DNA of 64,000 bases from a virus, in the IMG/VR virus record IMGVR_UViG_3300038415_000014, positions 64,001-128,000 of that record; one strand, 5' to 3'. Positions within the stretch are counted from its first letter, which is position 1; each line of letters begins with the position of its first letter. A model generated the notes under the pieces. The model saw only the letters and a list, made by a program, of their open reading frames with translations, was not told where the DNA came from and did no database searches. The position numbers were made by a program, and so were the translations under genes. Positions 46,941 to 54,163 of this stretch are shown here, piece after piece.

Positions 46941-48236
46941 TCAGCTCTGGAATACCTCTGGGAACTCTTCAATGAGGATCTTCTTGAAGTCATCGCTCTC
47001 AGCAGCGAAGACGGCCCTGATGATGTCAGGGCGAGTTTCATAGTTCAGGCGAATCATTGCCAAACGACGCTTCCAATGGTCGGAGAAGTTGTAGTCCATC
47101 GGGAAGTCCTTGCAGATGGCCTGGGCGACTATCCTACGGTAGTCAGCGGTTCCATCACTTTCGATACGAGACTTTGGCTCGTCACCGGGAAGCATCGACG
47201 TCTGCTGAGGTACGGACTCCGCCTTAGCTTGCTGGTGGAACCCAGTCTTCGGGCCATTGGTGGTCCTGAAGGTGATACCCTCTTGCTCGATGACGGACTC
47301 TCTAGCCGGTCCGTCTGACCCTGAAGCATCGTATACCTCGGTCCCGCCACCAGAGGTGACCCCGACCGAGATCCCCTCAACAGTCTTCGTCTGGGTAGGA
47401 GCAACCTTCCCTACAATGGGTGAACCAGACGCGCTGACCATTCGAGCCTTGGGCTGTGGAGTAGGATCTGACCGTTTCATACCCGGCTGGTTCCTACTCG
47501 CCAGGTTACTGGTAACCGCTGGTGGAGGAACATACCCTGGGGTCCTACTCTGAATGTCATCAAGACGAGCAGCCTTCTCAGCTTTATAGATCGCTTGATC
47601 CTCAGGGCTCATCCTGGCTAATAGCTCCTCCTCAGTGATACCCTCACCAGGTTGGATCTTGACCAGCTCAGCGTCTCGGATGGCTGTACCAACCGTGTTG
47701 GGGGTCACCTGAAGACCGGTCTTAGCCGCAGTCTTGAAGGTTCTAGGGACTTCTTGCCCGAACTCTGCCCCTCCAATGATGTCACTACTAGTACCGCGAG
47801 CAACGTAGGCCCCCGCGCGCCCTTGAGATTGTCGAACCTCGTTGGTCCTCTGTTGGGCTGCATGAGTCCTAGCCGAGCTACTCATTACTACTCGCTCGTC
47901 AGATTCAACAGTAACAATGGCATTCCTCTTTGGCGGAGAGAGTGGGTTTGTACCTAGGTCATTCGCAGCACGAACCCCAATGTTTGCCGAAGGGGCTGCT
48001 TGTGGGGCTGCCTCTGGGTCATAAACCTCAGCTGGGACAATCCAACCCATTCGAATCGCGCCCCTCAGAGTGGGGAGTATGAATCGGTTGCCATCAATCT
48101 CGACATTGGTCCCATCGAACAGGATCTCCATCCCGTCGTACACACTATGATTGGTCCCCCCTAGAGCAAACGACTTCGTCGAGATGAAGCGCTGCATTTT
48201 ACCTGGTACAAATCTGATCTGAGTCTGTAGTTCCAT
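46941..48236 (-). CDS. Hypothetical protein
   Basis: 431-aa ORF; folded-looking termini with a low-complexity centre; GGAG SD. Confidence 0.75.
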   Translation of the reverse strand: MELQTQIRFVPGKMQRFISTKSFALGGTNHSVYDGMEILFDGTNVEIDGNRFILPTLRGAIRMGWIVPAEVYDPEAAPQAAPSANIGVRAANDLGTNPLSPPKRNAIVTVESDERVVMSSSARTHAAQQRTNEVRQSQGRAGAYVARGTSSDIIGGAEFGQEVPRTFKTAAKTGLQVTPNTVGTAIRDAELVKIQPGEGITEEELLARMSPEDQAIYKAEKAARLDDIQSRTPGYVPPPAVTSNLASRNQPGMKRSDPTPQPKARMVSASGSPIVGKVAPTQTKTVEGISVGVTSGGGTEVYDASGSDGPARESVIEQEGITFRTTNGPKTGFHQQAKAESVPQQTSMLPGDEPKSRIESDGTADYRRIVAQAICKDFPMDYNFSDHWKRRLAMIRLNYETRPDIIRAVFAAESDDFKKILIEEFPEVFQS

Positions 48237-48292
48237 CTTGGTCTCCCATAGGGTAGGTTTACCCAGTTACCTATAGGGGGCCTATAAACGAC

Positions 48293-48793
48293 TTATCGAT
48301 GGTTGACAGATTTGATGCAGAACTCACATGAGGATTTCGGCTTGTTCTTATGCCACCTCAGATGTGTATAGTATCGCCCGCGACTAGAGATTTCTTGCGA
48401 GCTAATACGAGATACACTCTTGCCTCGGAGTACTGATTTTTCCCCAAAGTACTCATATGGTAGTGGCCCTCCAAATTCCCAGAGGAGTATCTCCTCTATC
48501 CTCTGGAAGCCAAGGCTCTCTCGACAACGATTGATCAGGTCAAGCCCATCGCGGGAGATCCTAAAGAACTCTCGACCAAGGGTTATCTGATCTGCTTTCA
48601 GCAACTCATGAACATAGCTCTTGGACGCCTTGGTCCAAGCGAGTAGCGCTACGCTACGGAACGTACCCCTCTTAATGTTGATTAGCCCCTTAGTAATGCA
48701 ACTACTAGACGTGACCTTGACTACATTCGGCTCAACTAGAACGAAGTAGGTTCCCTTACAAGATGGGGCGGGCAGGTCTACAATGATTCCCAT
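48293..48793 (-). CDS. Possible degenerate T5orf172/GIY-YIG-like nuclease with C-terminal HxxxH-CxxC finger
   Basis: YFVLVE..VKV...VHELL...GREFF resembles T5orf172; ends HLRWH..CEFC. Confidence 0.35.
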   Translation of the reverse strand: MGIIVDLPAPSCKGTYFVLVEPNVVKVTSSSCITKGLINIKRGTFRSVALLAWTKASKSYVHELLKADQITLGREFFRISRDGLDLINRCRESLGFQRIEEILLWEFGGPLPYEYFGEKSVLRGKSVSRISSQEISSRGRYYTHLRWHKNKPKSSCEFCIKSVNHR

Positions 48794-48807
48794 CGATGTT
48801 AAGCCAC

Positions 48808-48851
48808 TAGGTGTCGTGGGTTAACCGAGAAGGCAAGACCCACGACACCTA
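48808..48851. terminator. Perfect 14-bp inverted repeat just downstream of HU
   Basis: TAGGTGTCGTGGGT (48808-48821) and ACCCACGACACCTA (48838-48851), 16-nt loop, no U-tail. Confidence 0.55.
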
Positions 48852-48862
48852 CCGATGAAAGA

Positions 48863-49216
48863 TCACTTCTTGGCGGTCTTCTTTGCCTTGGGGGCAGCCG
48901 GTGTCTTCGGGGTTGCAGCAACCACGCCGACTTCCACCTTGATGGCCTTGAGGAAACGCGCCTTCAGCTTCTTGGACGGTGGCTTGGCAGCAACGAGCAT
49001 CTCTTTGCCCGTGGACGGGTTACGAGCTTTGCGCTCTGCCTTGGCCGGTACATTCACAAGAGCGAACTTTACGACGCCTGGGAGTACGAACTTCTTGTCC
49101 TTCTTCAGGCTCCTGGCGGCAACGGTGTTAAGGGCAGTCAAGAACCCCTTAACATGGGACTTGGTGGTACCTTCCATCTCAGCAGCAACAGCCGCAATCA
49201 GTTCCGTCTTAGTCAT
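48863..49216 (-). CDS. hup: HU/IHF-family DNA-binding protein with Lys/Ala/Pro-rich tail
   Basis: MTKTELIAAVA...LPGVVKF...RKARNPSTGKE; true ATG at 49216 after an AAGGA SD; tail PKTPAAPKAKKTAKK. Confidence 0.92.
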   Translation of the reverse strand: MTKTELIAAVAAEMEGTTKSHVKGFLTALNTVAARSLKKDKKFVLPGVVKFALVNVPAKAERKARNPSTGKEMLVAAKPPSKKLKARFLKAIKVEVGVVAATPKTPAAPKAKKTAKK

Positions 49217-49329
49217 ATCTAATATTCCTTCTGATTTGGGTTTTTCGCGGAAGGAACACTCTCCACTCCGTCTACTGGGGATAACTACACCGCCAATGAG
49301 TGATTCATCGGGGTGGTAGAGAAATAAAT

Positions 49330-49788
49330 CTAGGACCCCTCTGCGAGCCCTTCGGCAGGTGGATCTGAGCCTGCCCACAAGTCGGTTAGTTCTACTTGTG
49401 GGTGGGATGTGATAGTCAACATAGCCTGTTGAGCAAAAGCGGTATCCTCCTCGCGAGACCTAAGGAAACATTCTACTCTGGCCTGGACTTCATCATAGGC
49501 TGCTGCCAAAGCCAGTTCCTCAGTGTGGGCCTCTCCTTTGAACTCCTGACTAAACACGTTCTCGAAGACATTAGGAGCGGCGTCACTTTCGGTACCCTGA
49601 TCAAGGATACTCAAGTCACCGGTGTATCGGTCCCCCGATAACTTGACGGTTACTTCCCAAGTAGAGCCAGCTGGAAGCTCCTCGACAGGGCTACTTTTGA
49701 AAGTGAAGGTAACTGTTGTCAGAGCATTGCGATTGATCGCCTTACCATAGATGTGAAGGGCCTCGGAAATGGTAGCTAGGATGCTCAT
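49330..49788 (-). CDS. Hypothetical acidic protein
   Basis: Likely ATG at 49788 (MSILATISE), 8 nt after TGTACT. Confidence 0.55.
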   Translation of the reverse strand: MSILATISEALHIYGKAINRNALTTVTFTFKSSPVEELPAGSTWEVTVKLSGDRYTGDLSILDQGTESDAAPNVFENVFSQEFKGEAHTEELALAAAYDEVQARVECFLRSREEDTAFAQQAMLTITSHPQVELTDLWAGSDPPAEGLAEGS

Positions 49789-49869
49789 GCACCCTGAGTA
49801 CACCGGAAGTAAGAGGCGACAGGACCCAAGGGGATAGAAATCCACCCTTGGGTCCTGTCTCAGCTGTGG

Positions 49870-50817
49870 TCATGGTTCTTTATCGCGCGAGGGGCGCCCA
49901 ACCACCCGCTCATGCTCGATACCGTGCTTCTTCAGGTGACGGTTGATAGTGGATGCACCTACCCCAGTTAGTTTGGCCATCCTTCGAATCGGTACTCCTT
50001 GGGAAGCCATCTGACGAAGAGGCTCCTCAGGAGCCTTCTCACGAACTTGATAGTGTGGACCTTGAAAACCGAAGTTCAACTTGTAGTGCATGAACTCAGG
50101 CATGTGAGGCTTGACCAAGGAAATGAAGAGATGGGCTTGGTCCTCGCCCTCGAAGATGAACTGACCTGTACTGCCTTGACCAGGAGCCCATCGAGGTTTG
50201 AGGCTGAACTTACGAAAAGTGGTCTGTGCAACCTCTCTACTTTCTGGCTTCATACCGAAAGTGATGACGGGCCACCATGCGGCTGATCCGTCATCCATGA
50301 ACCAAATAGCGAGGGCGATGGCATCAACCAAGTCAACCACCTGAGATTGAAGCTGCTTGGGTCCGGGTTCTGGGTAAAACAACTCATGCCATGGGAGCAT
50401 GGTTGCGTGCGAAACGGTCTCAAATCGCCACCCCTCGTACTCTTCATCCTGAAGAGTCCAAGTTACAGGACGCAACCCTAACTGAACCCAAGGTCCCCAC
50501 TCCTTGCTCTTCCACTCCAAGTACTCTCTCTGATCCTCAGCGTGGTTCTCCATGTAGCGAGCGACATGAGTGCTCTTTGAGATCCTGCCGTCCCCAAGCA
50601 TTGAACCAACAAGAACAGATCGAAGCCGACCTTCAATAGGTAACACATCGTGTCGCTCGGTTCGACATAGAGTCTCGATCCCCCAACGATGCCTCCATCG
50701 ACGGATATGCTTCAGTGGACACCCTACCTGAGCAGCAATCTCAGAGTCCGTAAGCTTGGTCTCCAAATACAGAGTTCGTAATTCAGCTTCAGAGATGGGG
50801 CATGGTACAAGCTTCAT
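49870..50817 (-). CDS. Free-standing LAGLIDADG homing endonuclease with flanking HTH motifs
   Basis: VLVGSMLGDG and ALAIWFMDDG motifs; HTH-like termini. True ATG at 50817; the track's TTG is the -35 box. Confidence 0.9.
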   Translation of the reverse strand: MKLVPCPISEAELRTLYLETKLTDSEIAAQVGCPLKHIRRWRHRWGIETLCRTERHDVLPIEGRLRSVLVGSMLGDGRISKSTHVARYMENHAEDQREYLEWKSKEWGPWVQLGLRPVTWTLQDEEYEGWRFETVSHATMLPWHELFYPEPGPKQLQSQVVDLVDAIALAIWFMDDGSAAWWPVITFGMKPESREVAQTTFRKFSLKPRWAPGQGSTGQFIFEGEDQAHLFISLVKPHMPEFMHYKLNFGFQGPHYQVREKAPEEPLRQMASQGVPIRRMAKLTGVGASTINRHLKKHGIEHERVVGRPSRDKEP

Positions 50818-50822
50818 GCTGT

Positions 50823-50850
50823 ACAGTACCACTAAGCTTTGAGGTGTCAA
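50823..50850 (-). promoter_or_regulatory. Sigma70-type promoter, probably yielding a leaderless mRNA
   Basis: TTGACA (50850-50845), 16 nt ending TGG, TACTGT (50828-50823), then 5 nt to ATG. Confidence 0.55.
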
Positions 50851-50882
50851 TGATTAGGCTCAATATGGAGCATTAAAGAGGA

Positions 50883-50912
50883 AGGCCGGGAGTCCTTTCG
50901 GAAACCCGGCCT
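50883..50912 (-). terminator. Intrinsic terminator-like hairpin after the major capsid gene
   Basis: AGGCCGGG-TTTCC-GAAA-GGACT-CCCGGCCT followed by TCCTCTTT. Confidence 0.7.
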
Positions 50913-50935
50913 ACACTCAATTCAGCCTATTAGGC

Positions 50936-51808
50936 TCAGACTCGTGTTACCACTAGCCTGGTGAGGCCCCGGGGGTTGAAGGCCCCAATGCCCACGTTCT
51001 CAAAACAAGAGAAACCGATTGTCCGGGCTTTCGGGTCGTCAGCCGACAGAACCGTCAGCTCAGTTCGAACCGGGAACCTGCCGAAGTTCTCGGGCTCCGA
51101 AGCGATGTAAACGAATCCGGCGGGGACCAACCTGCTCGTGATGATCTGGGCTCCCCATAGGGTTGCCTGGAGACCAGTCTTGAGTAGGACAGCCTGGCTC
51201 TCGATGTCTAGGATGTCACGACCGAACTTGCGGATGTCCGCGTAGTCCGTCGCGTTCATGTAGATACGAGCGACCCTAAGGTCGTGACGCTCTACCTCAG
51301 CAAAGGCATCCGCGAGGATGCTTTGGCTGATTGGAGCCACGACGTTGAGGTCGGGGTTCGTCTGACCTGGGAGGGTGTCGAAGCCGGAAACCGCGATCGA
51401 GTCAAGGACTGCGAACACGCGCTCATCTTCAGCGGCCTGGATCTGGGCTTTCGCCAAGTCCTGAGCGCGTTCGATGAGATCGAATCGGCGTTCCTTGATC
51501 TGAGTGAGGGGGATCTCGGGGTTCGAGGCAAGCTCGAACAACGGGAAAATTACGCGACGAGGTTTCTGTATGGCAAGTATGTTCTCACCCTCTTCACCAA
51601 CCACGTAGGCGGTGACGTCGGGATCCTTGTCATAGATGGGGAGAGCCCCGTCTGGGAGTTGTTCAACTAAGAAGGTCTTGCGACCCACAGCTGTGTAGTC
51701 CCTGCGGAGACGCAGAGGCTGAATCATCGAGGCGGCAAGCTTGGCTCGGCCAGCTGCGGTCTTGATGTACTCGGAGATGATCTGCTGCTTGATGTCGTTG
51801 CTAACCAC
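50936..51808 (-). CDS. Major capsid protein (HK97-like fold), 290 aa
   Basis: Follows scaffold and decoration genes; HK97-type features (AQIQAAEDERVF spine helix; GLQATLWGAQIITSRLVPAG..Y); terminator downstream. Confidence 0.85.
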   Translation of the reverse strand: MVSNDIKQQIISEYIKTAAGRAKLAASMIQPLRLRRDYTAVGRKTFLVEQLPDGALPIYDKDPDVTAYVVGEEGENILAIQKPRRVIFPLFELASNPEIPLTQIKERRFDLIERAQDLAKAQIQAAEDERVFAVLDSIAVSGFDTLPGQTNPDLNVVAPISQSILADAFAEVERHDLRVARIYMNATDYADIRKFGRDILDIESQAVLLKTGLQATLWGAQIITSRLVPAGFVYIASEPENFGRFPVRTELTVLSADDPKARTIGFSCFENVGIGAFNPRGLTRLVVTRV

Positions 51809-51837
51809 GGTAGTCTACCTTTCTAAGGGTTTTAGCC

Positions 51838-52473
51838 TCAGATCCTCATATCCAGGATCAACATGGGGGTGGTGGCATCGACAGCTGCCTTGAGAACACC
51901 AACGACCGTGGCAGTACCACTAAAGCCGTTTACTGTTTCCATGGCGTCAGCGAGGACGTTAGTGATCAACCCATTTACAGAAGCGTAAAGGAGATCACCA
52001 GGTGTATAGGTGATGAGGTTTCCCTTGGAAGCACCTAGTTGGACCTGAGTTTCGTAGACAGTCAGACCTACGCAAGACCCAGAGCCACAAACGTACGGGC
52101 CACGACCTGATGCTGGACCAGGTGTATTCTCGTAGGCATTTCCTGCTGCATCATTCAAGAAGATGCCAAGAGGGCGAAGGCCAGTTCCATAGCCTGAGGG
52201 AGGATCTCCTGGGCTGCTGGCGACGGGTCCACCAACCACGTTGTTGCCAGCGGCAGGACGTGTGAAGGCGATTGACCCTCCCAAAACACCAGTCTTCGTG
52301 ATGCCTGAGAGTGTAGTGCTTTTTTCTGACGAGCCCGTTACGACTGGAGGATTCAGTTGAGTGAAGGAGTCGCCCGTGAGGACACCCACGCTGTTGCGGG
52401 TGACGACATGGAACAACTGAACTCGACTACTGGTTTCCTTAAAGTCGCCCGAGCTTTGACCGTTCATGGACAT
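51838..52473 (-). CDS. Head decoration/cement protein
   Basis: Directly upstream of the MCP; Gly-rich beta protein ending YTPGDLLYAS.NG.IT...VVGV, a cement-like pattern. Confidence 0.65.
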   Translation of the reverse strand: MSMNGQSSGDFKETSSRVQLFHVVTRNSVGVLTGDSFTQLNPPVVTGSSEKSTTLSGITKTGVLGGSIAFTRPAAGNNVVGGPVASSPGDPPSGYGTGLRPLGIFLNDAAGNAYENTPGPASGRGPYVCGSGSCVGLTVYETQVQLGASKGNLITYTPGDLLYASVNGLITNVLADAMETVNGFSGTATVVGVLKAAVDATTPMLILDMRI

Positions 52474-52561
52474 ATTTGAAATATTCCTGTTGGGTTAAAG
52501 GAGAGCTAACTTCATTCATCTACATCTAGGCAGTCACTGAAGACTGAGAGTTCTCTAGGAG

Positions 52562-52583
52562 GGGGGTCACTTGCGTAACCCCC
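52562..52583 (-). promoter_or_regulatory. GNRA (GCAA) tetraloop hairpin between scaffold and decoration genes
   Basis: GGGGGTTAC-GCAA-GTGACCCCC. Confidence 0.55.
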
Positions 52584-52597
52584 TTACCTATGAGGAC

Positions 52598-54154
52598 TCA
52601 TTGATCCGTTCGCATACCGAACGCTTCACGTACGTCTGGAGCTGAGTTCCAGAGACTGGAGAGATCGGCGCCTTGTGAGGAAGCAGTTCGGTTTGATCCA
52701 CCAATCTGACTAACGCCAGCTGTTGGACGAGTTCCGACGGTCCTCATTGAAGCAGTTCGAGTGACGTGAGCTTGCTTCTGTTGCTGCTGCCCTTGATCCT
52801 GGTCTTGCTGACCAGCGGCTTCCTGAGCATTCTTGTATTCAGGGTTGCTTGCAAACAACTGACGAAGGGTGTCGTCTTCCTCTGGAGAGAGTTGGACTTC
52901 GCCAACATCCATACTTGGGGTGTCCAACTGGATGTCCATGTCAGCCACTGGCTCGATCTGACCCTGCTCGGCGAGCATCTGGTCGATCTCACTATTGCCC
53001 TGCTGCTGATACTGAGCTTGTTGCTGCTGCATCTGAGCCAAGCACTGTTGCGCAGCCTGAATCGGGTCCTGACCCTGTTGCATGGCTTGCTGAACCGCTT
53101 GCGCGACCTGCTGAGCCTGCGACTGTTGCTGCATCTGAGCCTGTTGCTGTTGCTGACCGGCTTGCTGTTGCTGACCGGCTTGCTGCTGCTGAGTCTGAGC
53201 CTGTTGCTGCTGCTGACCAGCCTGTTGCTGCTGCTGAGATTGAGCCAACTGCTGTTGAATCTGCTGAGCCTGCTGAAGCAACTGAGCGAGCTGTTGCTGC
53301 ATACCTTGCTGCTGCATCTCGGCTTGCTTCTGCTGACCCTGATCCTGTTGCTGCTGGTCTTGTTGAGCTTGCTTCTGCTGTTGCTGGCCCTGGTCCTGCT
53401 GACCCTGGTCTTGCTGAGCTTGCTTCTGCTGTTGCTGACCCTGATCCTGCTGACCCTGATCCTGCTGAGCTGACTTCTGCTGACCCTTGTCATCGTCCTT
53501 CTTGCCAGCTGCCTCGTCCTTCTTCTTCTGAATGTTCTCAAGGAACTGAGGTGGGATCTTACCAGCTTGTACCTGCTGACCCTGTTGCTGCTGATCCTGC
53601 TGGGCAGCTTGTACCTGTTGCTGCTGATCCTGCTGATCCTGCTGGGCTGCCTGTACCTGCTGCTGCTGATCCTGCTGATCCTGATCCTGAGCTGCGAGGC
53701 GAGTGTAGGTAGCCATCACCTCAGTATCGGGTAGATACATGAGGGAGAACCCCTGGTCCTCGATTTCGACTGGAGAAGCGGTCTTGGGTAGCATCTTGCG
53801 GGCGATTGCCACGCAAAGAGCTGCCTTCTTCGTAATGACTTCTTCAGTAGCCGTTTTCTCGGCGTGGTTGAAAGTATCTCCCCTCATCTCAGGCATGCCG
53901 ATCTCGTTCCGTCGCACCTGGCCATTGGCATACTCGGCTTCCCAAGTACCAGCGGCTGGGTGAACATCTTCAGCAAAATCCGAAGGGTTACCAATGACAT
54001 AATCATCGGCAGCGGGCTGCTGATTGACGTGATCTTGATTCATCAGATAGGGGTCGGCAACTTTCAAACCAGCCCTCTTGGCGATTGCATTTACGTTCCA
54101 AGTTGAGCGCTCACGAGGCATGGAGGAGATCCTTTCCTTAGTTCGAGAAGCCAT
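52598..54154 (-). CDS. Scaffold-like protein with very long Gln-rich tract
   Basis: Between protease and decoration/MCP; roughly 300 residues dominated by Q, D, A and G. Confidence 0.7.
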   Translation of the reverse strand: MASRTKERISSMPRERSTWNVNAIAKRAGLKVADPYLMNQDHVNQQPAADDYVIGNPSDFAEDVHPAAGTWEAEYANGQVRRNEIGMPEMRGDTFNHAEKTATEEVITKKAALCVAIARKMLPKTASPVEIEDQGFSLMYLPDTEVMATYTRLAAQDQDQQDQQQQVQAAQQDQQDQQQQVQAAQQDQQQQGQQVQAGKIPPQFLENIQKKKDEAAGKKDDDKGQQKSAQQDQGQQDQGQQQQKQAQQDQGQQDQGQQQQKQAQQDQQQQDQGQQKQAEMQQQGMQQQLAQLLQQAQQIQQQLAQSQQQQQAGQQQQQAQTQQQQAGQQQQAGQQQQQAQMQQQSQAQQVAQAVQQAMQQGQDPIQAAQQCLAQMQQQQAQYQQQGNSEIDQMLAEQGQIEPVADMDIQLDTPSMDVGEVQLSPEEDDTLRQLFASNPEYKNAQEAAGQQDQDQGQQQQKQAHVTRTASMRTVGTRPTAGVSQIGGSNRTASSQGADLSSLWNSAPDVREAFGMRTDQ

Positions 54155-54163
54155 ATAAGAACT

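Noticed and set aside
49870-51808. LAGLIDADG gene as part of a group I intron in the capsid gene
   Set aside because: The MCP ORF is uninterrupted and followed by a terminator; the nuclease has its own promoter and lies outside it.
41703-53690. Repeat tracts as CRISPR arrays
   Set aside because: The repeats are in-frame coding units without unique spacers, and no cas genes are seen.
52744-53712. Long alternative ORFs over the scaffold (Leu-rich 52766..53473 +, 52849..53712 +, Ser-rich 52744..53541 -)
   Set aside because: They are shadows of CAG-rich repeats that lack stop codons in other frames; no SD or domain signal.
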